Below are positions 26,655 to 37,101 of a DNA stretch of 64,000 nucleotides, in pieces. The translations under genes were made by a program, and so were the position numbers. Source of the DNA: Octopus sinensis (taxonomy: Eukaryota); contig NC_043002.1 in NCBI RefSeq assembly GCF_006345805.1, positions 47,368,001 to 47,432,000 on the forward strand, given 5' to 3'. The stretch's first letter is position 1. Every line of letters starts with the position of its first letter. The notes under the pieces are model-generated. The model was not told the origin of the DNA, ran no database searches, and was given only the letters and a program-made list of their open reading frames with translations.

Positions 26655-27385
26655 TACCGGTTCGAAATAAACTTTACAGGCATGGATGTGCTGTCAGATG
26701 GACTTGTCCGAGGTGTGCGCAGAGTGACAAAACTTCTGCATATCCTCGTTCAGTGTCCGGGCATTGCTGACTTGTAGGATTGTGTTGAACAGCTGCTGTC
26801 ATGCGTGGGACGTCTGTCGAGCGAGTCTGTAGTGATGATCGCACCGCTGCCCTCATTCAGTCAGGCAGGCAAGCCTGGGGGCTGTGGCGAAAGAGGTTGT
26901 TTGGTGGACAAGGCTGAAAGGCATGAGAACAGATACATTCCTCTTTGATAGAGCTCTCATTAACTTCTTCAAGTGAAACTTGGAATGGAAATTGAGAGTG
27001 GAGAGGGAAATGCTGTCCTCGAGTGAGTTTTTTGAAAGGTGGGCGAAAGTTCCGAAAATGGCAAGAGTGGATGGTACCTCCCTAATTGTAGACCTGTGAG
27101 TCGGAGAGAAATAAATAAAGAGAGCACTTGCTTCGAGGGTTTCAGGGAAATCTCAGACATTGAAGTTCCTCAATTATACCTAGAGGCGTTCTTGTATCAG
27201 TCGGGCCACATCTCTATCATCCTCACTCATCTTTACCTTTGTATGCTATGCATATGTCCCTTATTTTTAAGTGTATACCGTGTATACTTAATTTTTTTAT
27301 CATTTCATTTTTATATGTAAACTCCCACACTTTATGTCTGCCTCTGTAGCCCCGCTCATCCTACGCCCTTGTTTCAAATAACTGA
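26655..27385 (+). pseudogene. L1/Tx1-clade 3' fragment (zinc knuckle and 3' UTR)
   Basis: LPVRNKLYRHG..WTCPRCAQSD..HILVQC, followed by a T-rich UTR and an (ATT)n tract. Confidence 0.7.
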
Positions 27386-27399
27386 AATTATTATTATTA

Positions 27400-27492
<93 letters not shown>

Positions 27493-27493
<1 letters not shown>

Positions 27494-27647
27494 GGCTGTA
27501 TGGTAAGTAGCTTGCTTACAAACCACATGGTTCCGGGTTCAGTCCCACTGCGAGGCAAGATGGGCAAGTATCTTCTACTATAGCCTCGGGCCGATCAAAT
27601 CCTTGTGAGTGGATTTGGTAGACGGAAACTGAAAGAAGCCCGTCGCA

Positions 27648-27729
<82 letters not shown>

Positions 27730-27940
27730 GTGTGTGTATGTGTGTGTGTCTGTGTTTGTCCCCAACATCGCTTGAGGACCGATACTGGTGTGTTTGTGTA
27801 CCCGTAACTTAGCGGTTCGGCAAAAGAGACCGATATAATATGTACTAGGCTTACGAAGAATAAGTCCTGGGGTCGATTTGCTCGACTAAAGGTGGTGCTC
27901 CAGCATGGCCACAGTCAAATGACTGAAACATGCAAAAGAG

Positions 27941-27945
<5 letters not shown>
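27493..27945 (+). mobile_element. SINE family A
   Basis: Family A head and body with an internal (TA)n. Confidence 0.9.
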
Positions 27946-27982
<37 letters not shown>

Positions 27983-28536
27983 GAGTGAGAGAGCAGTTCA
28001 TGCCATCAAAGTGACACTGGGGTAAAATATACGAAGCCCAATATACCCATCATGACTACCCGTCTGATAAGGGTACACCAGGTACATGCATCACAACCAT
28101 ATGTGTGCGACATGGTGATCTCATATCAAGATAAACAGCGCATGACCTTGCAGGTGGGGCCCAGTTAGAATTTTCTTCAGGTTGAGTAGCCCATCCCGCT
28201 CAAAAGGTCCCTGAATAAGGGTTGTTTAAGGATGTTGAAAGAACCACCCATGTTTCCAGAGGTGAATTATTCAAACCCCAAAGAATCCCTCTCAACACAT
28301 GGCTATGATGCTCCCCCACTACTTCTGCTCGTGATCAGAGATGCACATATCGTCAGCCACTAAGGGACATGATCAACTGGTTATGGTCAAACAACTGACA
28401 AGCAAATCTGTAGTATTGAGCAGAATATTTGCTGTAGCCCATCTTTTATACCGACACAAAACAATGTACATGATAACACTTCCAATCAGTTAAGATCAGA
28501 AGCCATGAGAGCCACTGCTTGGTACTGCATCAGGGC
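27983..28536 (-). mobile_element. Repeat family X, apparently full length (~555 bp)
   Basis: Bounded by (AAT)n on both sides; further copies at 22684, 25270 and 63600. Confidence 0.85.
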
Positions 28537-28613
<77 letters not shown>

Positions 28614-28615
<2 letters not shown>

Positions 28616-28775
28616 GGCTGTATGGTAAGTAGCTTGCTTACAAACCACATGGTTCCGGGTTCAGTCCCACTGCGAGGCAAGATGGGCAAGTATCTTCTAC
28701 TATAGCCTCGGGCCGATCAAATCCTTGTGAGTGGATTTGGTAGACGGAAACTGAAAGAAGCTCGTCGCATATATG
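28614..28775 (+). mobile_element. SINE family A, 5' half (split by the Penelope-like element)
   Basis: Nearly identical to 27493-27655; continues at 36780-37007. Confidence 0.9.
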
Positions 28776-28784
28776 TATATATAT

Positions 28785-28847
<63 letters not shown>

Positions 28848-28872
28848 GTATATATATAAAATATTATTAGAG

Positions 28873-30619
28873 ACAAACAAGGAAAGACTTAATCAATACA
28901 TAAAATTTTAATAAATAGTCAAAAAAACCGCCACTACAATTGTTTCTTGTCTTGATCGACAATCTTCAGGTGGACTTCCAATCTAAAATATCAATATTTT
29001 AAAATATAAAAATAATAATTTTAAAATAATTAAAGTATGAATGAAAAAATATAAATATATAATCCATATATAACCTATATATAATCCATATATAATCAAT
29101 ATATAAACAATATATAAACTAAAATAAACCTATCAACAATTAAATATAAAATATAAAATATAAAATATAAAACAAAACAAAAAATAATAATAATATAATA
29201 ATAAACTATATATACACCCATACACATATAACTAATTATATATAACCATATCTAACTACATACACTAAATCACACACCTATATATATATCCCTATACATA
29301 CACATAAAAACGTCTAGGCAACTATAAATAAATAAAATAGCTAAATACTTCAACACAATACTTATTCATACTCCCACACACACACACATACAACCCACAT
29401 TCACGCTCTAGAAAACGGACATCACTCAAAAATTATGAACGGAGAAATGGAATAAATGGAATTAAAAATTATATTCACTTGGTAAAACGAACACTACTTA
29501 AAAATTATGAATGAAACAATGCAATAAAACAACAGACATCGCAAATAGACACAAATTACTACTAAATCCTTAACAAACCTACCATGATAAACCAAAACTC
29601 ATAAAAACATATAATGATAAAATCTCCCTTTACTAAACTCTATAACATACCTATATAGCAATCCCCCTAACCTAAACATTCACACACAAATACACACACG
29701 TAAACCACACACCCACGACATATACAAATACCCACACCACTTACACATACCAATACATACATATAAACCTCAACATATACTCCAAAAACCCACTCAACCC
29801 CACACAGACAAATAAACACAAAAATTATGAATGGATTCTTTTATAAAACTACCATGATAAGCTAAAACTCACAAAACATAAATGATAAAACCTCCCTTTA
29901 CTAAACACTATAACATACTTATATAGCAATCCCTTTAACCTATACATTCACACACAAATACACACACGTAAACCACACACCCATAACAAATACAAACACC
30001 CACCCCACTCACACACACCCACAAGTACATATAAGCCTCAACATATACACCAAACAAAATTACTTTACCAAGGAACTTAACATATGTATAAAAAGTATAA
30101 CCGCTCTAGAAACGAACATCTATAAATTAATGAATGGAGAAATGGAATAAATGGAATTAAAAATAATATTCACGTGGCAAAACGAACACCACTCAAAAAT
30201 TATGAATGAAACAATGTAATAAAACAACCAACATCGAAAATAGACAAATTGCCACGAATTCCCTAAAAAAACCATGATAAACCAATACTCTTAAAAACAT
30301 ATAACGATAAAATCTCCCTTTGCTAAACTCTATAACAAACCTATATAGCAATCCCCCTAACCTAAACATTCACACACAAATACACACACGTAAACCACAG
30401 ACCCACGACTTATACACATACCTATACTAACTTATAAACCTCAATATACACCAAAAACCCACTCCCTCCCCACACAGACAAATTAACACATACATCCCAA
30501 AACCTAAATAACAAACCCATATACACATTCACACACAAACACACACACACGCAAAACACACACACACAACAGATACATATACTCCCTCACATATACGCAT
30601 ATACATACTCACTAAACTC
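28873..30619. repeat. Left arm of a 1747 bp inverted repeat (3' end of the PLE)
   Basis: Reverse complement of 34882-36627 with only scattered substitutions and about one indel. Confidence 0.95.
28931..28973 (-). ncRNA. Minimal type I hammerhead ribozyme (sense to the PLE ORF)
   Basis: Minus strand CCAC-CUGAAGA-UUGUC-GAUCAA-GACAA-GAAA-C-AAUU-G-UA-GUGG: full core, 5 bp stem II, palindromic stem III loop, GUA cleavage triplet, stem I CCAC/GUGG. Confidence 0.85.
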
Positions 30620-32483
30620 GATATATACAACAATATTTACACACCCACACTCATACAGATAAATAAATTATACAGCAAAAAACTCACACACAATCTCATA
30701 TACATAAACACTCCTATGAAAAACAACATTAAATACATCGTAATTAACCAGAATATCAAAAATAACAATATGACATAAGGAGAAATAAAATACATACTTA
30801 CAAGTCAGTTTCAAATTATGAAGTGAAATTAAATTCTTAGCCGTTAAAAAAAATCAAACCAAAATTACGTTACCATAGAAATATAACTTATGTAAAAAAA
30901 GAATACGCGCCATGGAAAGTAAACGTCATTTAAAATTATGAATGGAGAAATAGAATAAATGGAACTAAAAACTATATCCACGTGGCAAACCAACACTACT
31001 TAAAAAAAATTTATTATGAATGGATTCTTTAAAAAACTACCATGATAAATCATTATATACATTTATGAGCTTTAGCTCACCTTAGCAGCTCTAACAAACA
31101 ACTTGCAGTAACCCAAATCTATTCTCGATGCCTGCCTTACTACTACACTATTCCATTCACAATTCCAAGCAACGCTAGTCCACCACCCGGTTACAATTCC
31201 CAACTCCACCCATTCATTCACAATTTCAACGACGTTCGCCTCCACAGCGCTACATATAAGCCTCAACATATACACCGGAGATTCACTTTCACATCCGTGC
31301 GGATGGGTGAGAGTATACATTGAGTGTAGTGATGGGGCTCTCATTACTATACACATTTGTACCTGTGTGGTAGTCTCCATGTGTATATTCACGCACGGTT
31401 ATAAATGCAGGGGGTACACGCGCACGTCATGTGCGTGTACCCCCTCACATGTACATATGCATGCTATTTGGGCTCGATATGTGCAACAATGTAATCGCGC
31501 CCGCATACATGCATATGGGCGATTTGCACAATCAAAAAACGCACACGTGTGTGTGTGCGTTCCCTGGTTGTGCAATTCACCCATCTGGGTGTGAGTGGGT
31601 GTAAGCGTATCGCTGTGGATGTCGAGCTTGATACGTATGTATATGAGTGAGTATTGGGGGGTTGTACGTATTTATTGTGTGCATGTGCTTCACGCACGTG
31701 CGTCCATGTATGGATGAATATATTGGGATTGCTATGTGGGTGTAAATTGGGTATGGAGGGGGGAGTTTTGTCATTGTATGGGTGTGGGTTTCATTTGTGA
31801 TGGTGGTTAGTTGGTGATTTTTGGTATGTTCTGTATATTTGGGTTAGTTATGTATTATTCTAGTGTGTATAATTGTATACATATGATTGGTGTGAGTGGG
31901 ATTACGCCCATTTTGGGGATGTATGTGTTTATTTGTCCGTATGGGGCGGGAGTGGCCGTTAGGTGTATATGTTGAGGCTCACATGCAATTCCAGGTACGC
32001 GCGAATGAAGTGGGCACTTATATTTGTTATGGGTGTATGTACTTTATTATAACAGACAATACCCAAATAAAATCTGTCAATTCAACATACCAAATAAAAA
32101 ACAAAAAACAAAGGGATCATAAACATTCACACATACATACAAAACTCAATAAAAACACCACTAAATAACACCCATCAACATATAAATATATCCTCCAAAA
32201 TACATATAACAAATGCATAATAAAAATACATAATAAAATAAAATAAAAATAAAAAAATAAAAAAATATATAAATAAAGAAAATAAAAAAAAACCTAATAT
32301 AAATTATTAAAGTTTTAACATACCATAAACTGTTATATTAATATACATTAAAAATGAACTAATTAAAACAAAGAAATATCAATAAAGACTAACTATAATT
32401 AAAGCCTAGACAACATAACCAAAAATATATTATCTAAACTAATTTAAACTAAACTAAAGTAACCTAAAAGGGAACTATTATTG

Positions 32484-34880
32484 CTATTTATCATGAAACT
32501 TATTATATAGGTAAAGTAACTTATTTCTGCATTTTATTTTGCGCTCTTCACCAGTATTAAGTAAATTATCATACTTATAAAATAAAATTTCGTTAAACTC
32601 ATTAGAGCATAAATAACAACAATTAGCTCCTATAGTATATGATTTAGTTTTACAAATTATTTCCCAAATTAAACTATAATTAATATTTAGTGATTTAAGA
32701 CTCCAAATGTACTTACTAAGTCCGGTTGAGTTGATTAAGTTTTTATTTTTAAAAGAATTCATATGTTGTGCGATTCTTAGTTTTATTTTTAAGGAAGTAG
32801 AACCTATATAAACCGCTTTTGGGTAATTATTATTCTTAAAGTTATTATCATGCAATGTAACTATACATTTATACACTACATCGTTAATATCACAATTATT
32901 ATTTAATATACAATTAGATTTATCTCTACATGTACAATTAATATAAGTCTTATCATTATTAATATTATTATCAAATAATTTCTTTTTATAAAAATTATTC
33001 AGTTTATATTTATTAAATGAAGAAATAATGTTACCAACATTATTAGTGGTAGAGTAACCAACTCCAAAATTATTAAAAGAGAAAATGTTTCTATATTTAC
33101 GATTATCTCTAATAAATAGTTCTATAACATCTAAAATCTCTTTAATAATATTCGTTTTTACTTGATCTCCATAAGGAACTATTAACCAAATTTTATTCTT
33201 ATTAACCTTATTATTATTATCATTATTATAAATATATTTATAATTCTTTATTTTATTAAAATTATTATCAGAATTATATCTATGTACAGCATTTAAGGAA
33301 TTATTAATATTATCAAATTTATCAATATAATTATTATAATAATTATTAAATTTATTTTTATTTTTATTATTCTTATTTATATTATTATTATTATATTTAT
33401 TATTATTATTATTATTCTTATTTATATTTTTATCATTTTTATTATTTTTTTTATAATATCTATTATTTTTACCACTAAACCTAACAAAATTATAATTATT
33501 ATTAGAAGTATCTCGAAAATTATCAATTAAATCTTTATCACTAATATTATAAAATTTAATATTCCTATTATAACCTGCCCCTCTAAGGGCCTCATTATAA
33601 TAATTAGCATGTTTATTAAAAATCTCTATATCATAAGAGAGTAATGAAATACGTTTACTTATATTATTAATCAACGATTTTTTAATAGAAAATGGGCGAT
33701 TACTATTAACATTTATATATCTAAGGTTCTCATTAAGTTTATGATATGGTTGTGTTTTACCTGTAATAAGATTAAAATTAACATCTAAATAATTAACATT
33801 ATAATTCTCCTTATATATAGTAATACTTAAACCATATCTTTTAAAGAAACTATATAGTTTTTTCTTATATACTTCTAGATTCCTATTAGTACAATTCTTT
33901 GTAACTAGTAGAAGATCGTCTCTATATAAACCACCCTCTATCTTAAGATTTTCTAATTGGAGTTCAGATAAAAGAAAAATACCTACTAAATCAGTAGCCT
34001 GTGCAGAATCTGGTGCTCCCATAGGTATATCAAAACAATCTCTAGTATCATTCCTAGCCCATAATTTATTTTTATATTTAATTAGCATTTTCCTAGCCAT
34101 TTTAATTACATTAACTTCTTCCCGTGACATACCCACTTTATTCATTGCGAAAATAAGCGCTTTATTTAACACAATTTCATTAATAGAAGAATAATAATTA
34201 TCTATATCTATTTGAATAAATTTATAACGATTTTTATCTTTAATATTATTAAACCATTTCAATGTATTATTATTACTAAACCATAATTTTAAATAATTAA
34301 GTTTATTTAACTTATCAATATATTTATCTAAAATAAATTTACTTAATTTACCTAGGTCCGATTTACATGGGCAAATTAATCTAACTTTAGGGTCTGAATA
34401 AAAATTATCTTTATGGTCTTTAAGAGTAATTCTGGGGTGCAAAGGTACATAAGGTTCAGTTTTATTATCCAACTCATATTTTAACATTACTACTTTAGAG
34501 GCCTTATTAATATTATAAAGAATATCATCTGGAACAATTTTATATTTTTTAATTATTTCTTTCCCTAATAGTTTATCATATAATTTAACATCTAATTTAT
34601 ATAAGTTCCTTGTTTTATCAGATTGTACTATAATACCATCCATATTTCTCATATCTTTAATTTTAATTGCTAAATTCCTTAAATATTCATTATTTCTATT
34701 TGGGTATTTATGGAATTCAATATTTTTTACCACCTTCCATATACTATCTTCAAGTAATTGTAATTCTTTATTAAATGGAGGTTCCTTTCTAGATTTAAAT
34801 TTAGAGGTAAAATTATCATTCCTACTATCAATATCATTAAATAAATAAAAATTATAGTAAAAAGCTTTCCATTTAATTCT
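32484..34880 (-). CDS. Penelope-like reverse transcriptase + GIY-YIG endonuclease (N-terminally truncated; open frame extends beyond the 749 aa track ORF)
   Basis: IDIDNYYSSI, IPMGAPDS, GLYRDDLL, YLDVNFNL, thumb NSNRP..YYNEALRGAGY, CTCRDKSNC linker, VVYKC..YIGST..RIAQH..SF, CYLC; manual translation upstream of 34733 is stop-free: RIKWKAFYY..FKSRKEPPFNKELQLLEDSIWKVVKNIEF. Confidence 0.9.
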   Translation of the reverse strand, partial: RIKWKAFYYNFYLFNDIDSRNDNFTSKFKSRKEPPFNKELQLLEDSIWKVVKNIEFHKYPNRNNEYLRNLAIKIKDMRNMDGIIVQSDKTRNLYKLDVKLYDKLLGKEIIKKYKIVPDDILYNINKASKVVMLKYELDNKTEPYVPLHPRITLKDHKDNFYSDPKVRLICPCKSDLGKLSKFILDKYIDKLNKLNYLKLWFSNNNTLKWFNNIKDKNRYKFIQIDIDNYYSSINEIVLNKALIFAMNKVGMSREEVNVIKMARKMLIKYKNKLWARNDTRDCFDIPMGAPDSAQATDLVGIFLLSELQLENLKIEGGLYRDDLLLVTKNCTNRNLEVYKKKLYSFFKRYGLSITIYKENYNVNYLDVNFNLITGKTQPYHKLNENLRYINVNSNRPFSIKKSLINNISKRISLLSYDIEIFNKHANYYNEALRGAGYNRNIKFYNISDKDLIDNFRDTSNNNYNFVRFSGKNNRYYKKNNKNDKNINKNNNNNNKYNNNNINKNNKNKNKFNNYYNNYIDKFDNINNSLNAVHRYNSDNNFNKIKNYKYIYNNDNNNKVNKNKIWLIVPYGDQVKTNIIKEILDVIELFIRDNRKYRNIFSFNNFGVGYSTTNNVGNIISSFNKYKLNNFYKKKLFDNNINNDKTYINCTCRDKSNCILNNNCDINDVVYKCIVTLHDNNFKNNNYPKAVYIGSTSLKIKLRIAQHMNSFKNKNLINSTGLSKYIWSLKSLNINYSLIWEIICKTKSYTIGANCCYLCSNEFNEILFYKYDNLLNTGEERKIKCRNKLLYLYNKFHDK

Positions 34881-34881
34881 A

Positions 34882-36627
34882 GAGTTTAGTGAGTATGTAT
34901 ATGCGTATATGTGAGGGAGTATATGTATCTGTTGTGTGTGTGTGTTTTGCGTGTGTGTGTGTTTGTGTGTGAATGTGTATATGGGTTTGTTATTTAGGTT
35001 TTGGGATGTATGTGTTAATTTGTCTGTGTGGGGAGGGAGTGGGTTTTTGGTGTATATTGAGGTTTATAAGTTAGTATAGGTATGTGTATAAGTCGTGGGT
35101 CTGTGGTTTACGTGTGTGTATTTGTGTGTGAATGTTTAGGTTAGGGGGATTGCTATATAGGTTTGTTATAGAGTTTAGCAAAGGGATATTTTATCGTTAT
35201 ATGTTTTTAAGAGTATTGGTTTATCATGGTTTTTTTAGGGAATTCGTGGCAATTTGTCTATTTTCGATGTTGGTTGTTTTATTACATTGTTTCATTCATA
35301 ATTTTTGAGTGGTGTTCGTTTTGCCACGTGAATATTATTTTTAATTCCATTTATTCCATTTCTCCATTCATTAATTTATAGATGTTCGTTTCTAGAGCGG
35401 TTATACTTTTTATACATATGTTAAGTTCCTTGGTAAAGTAATTTTGTTTGGTGTATATGTTGAGGCTTATATGTACTTGTGGGTGTGTGTGAGTGGGGTG
35501 GGTGTTTGTATTTGTTATGGGTGTGTGGTTTACGTGTGTGTATTTGTGTGTGAATGTATAGGTTAAAGGGATTGCTATATAAGTATGTTATAGTGTTTAG
35601 TAAGGGAGGTTTTATCATTTATGTTTTGTGAGTTTTAGCTTATCATGGTAGTTTTATAAAAGAATCCATTCATAATTTTTGTGTTTATTTGTCTGTGTGG
35701 GGTTGAGTGGGTTTTTGGAGTATATGTTGAGGTTTATATGTATGTATTGGTATGTGTAAGTGGTGTGGGTATTTGTATATGTCGTGGGTGTGTGGTTTAC
35801 GTGTGTGTATTTGTGTGTGAATGTTTAGGTTAGGGGGATTGCTATATAGGTATGTTATAGAGTTTAGTAAAGGGAGATTTTATCATTATATGTTTTTATG
35901 AGTTTTGGTTTATCATGGTAGGTTTGTTAAGGATTTAGTAGTAATTTGTGTCTATTTGCGATGTCTGTTGTTTTATTGCATTGTTTCATTCATAATTTTT
36001 AAGTAGTGTTCGTTTTACCAAGTGAATATAATTTTTAATTTCATTTATTCCATTTCTCCGTTCATAATTTTGAGTGATGTCCGTTTTCTAGAGCGTGAAT
36101 GTGGGTTGTATGTGTGTGTGTGTGGGAGTATGAATAAGTATTGTGTTGAAGTATTTAGCTATTTTATTTATTTATAGTTGCCTAGACGTTTTTATGTGTA
36201 TGTATAGGGATATATATATAGATGTGTGATTTAGTGTATGTAGTTAGATATGGTTATATATAATTAGGTATATGTGTATGGGTGTATATATAGTTTATTA
36301 TTATATTATTATTATTTTTTTGTTTTGTTTTATATTTTATATTTTATATTTTATATTTAATTGTTGATAGGTTTATTTTAGTTTATATATTGTTTATATA
36401 TTGATTATATATGGATTATATATAGGTTATATATGGATTATATATTTATATTTTTTCATTCATACTTTAATTATTTTAAAATTATTATTTTTATATTTTA
36501 AAATATTGATATTTTAGATTGGAAGTCCACCTGAAGATTGTCGATCAAGACAAGAAACAATTGTAGTGGCGGTTTTTTTGACTATTTATTAAAATTTTAT
36601 GTATTGATTAAGTTTTTCCTTGTTTGT
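34882..36627. repeat. Right arm of the inverted repeat (inverted pseudo-LTR)
   Basis: Reverse complement of 28873-30619; continues ~120 bp further (36628-36750) than the left arm. Confidence 0.95.
36527..36569 (+). ncRNA. Minimal type I hammerhead ribozyme (second copy, antisense to the ORF)
   Basis: CTGAAGA 36531-37, stem II 36538-42/36549-53, GAAA 36554-57, GTA 36563-65, stem I 36527-30/36566-69. Confidence 0.85.
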
Positions 36628-36752
36628 TTTGCAAAATAGTGGTTTTGTCTTTAATAATATTTTATAATATTTTACTATAAAATTGGATTTAATCCTAAAT
36701 CTGATTTTTTCCCTGTAAATTTGGATTTATTCCCTAATATTTATTATTTATG

Positions 36753-36779
<27 letters not shown>

Positions 36780-36784
<5 letters not shown>

Positions 36785-37005
36785 ATATATGTATGTGTGT
36801 GTATGTGTGTGTGTCTGTGTTTGTCCCCAACATCGCTTGACAACCGATACTGGTGTGTTTGTGTACCCGTAACTTAGCGGTTCGGCAAAAGAGACCGATA
36901 GAATATATACTAGGCTTACGAAGAATAAGTCCTGGGGTCGATTTGCTCGACTAAAGGTGGTGCTCCAGCATGGCCACAGTCAAATGACTGAAACATGCAA
37001 AAGAG

Positions 37006-37007
<2 letters not shown>
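36780..37007 (+). mobile_element. SINE family A, 3' half
   Basis: Nearly identical to 27720-27945. Confidence 0.9.
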
Positions 37008-37037
<30 letters not shown>

Positions 37038-37042
37038 CATCA

Positions 37043-37100
<58 letters not shown>

Positions 37101-37101
<1 letters not shown>

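Larger units (their letters stand above)
28856..36750 (-). mobile_element. Penelope-like retroelement (C-terminal GIY-YIG type) with an inverted pseudo-LTR
   Basis: RT-EN ORF on the minus strand, 3.6 kb 3' region, 1.75 kb inverted copy of the 3' end at the 5' side, hammerheads in both arms, (TA)n flanks. Confidence 0.9.

Noticed and set aside
35138-35150. TTAGGTTAGGGGG telomere-like motif in the PLE modules
   Set aside because: Only about two imperfect units in a GT-skewed sequence; expected by chance
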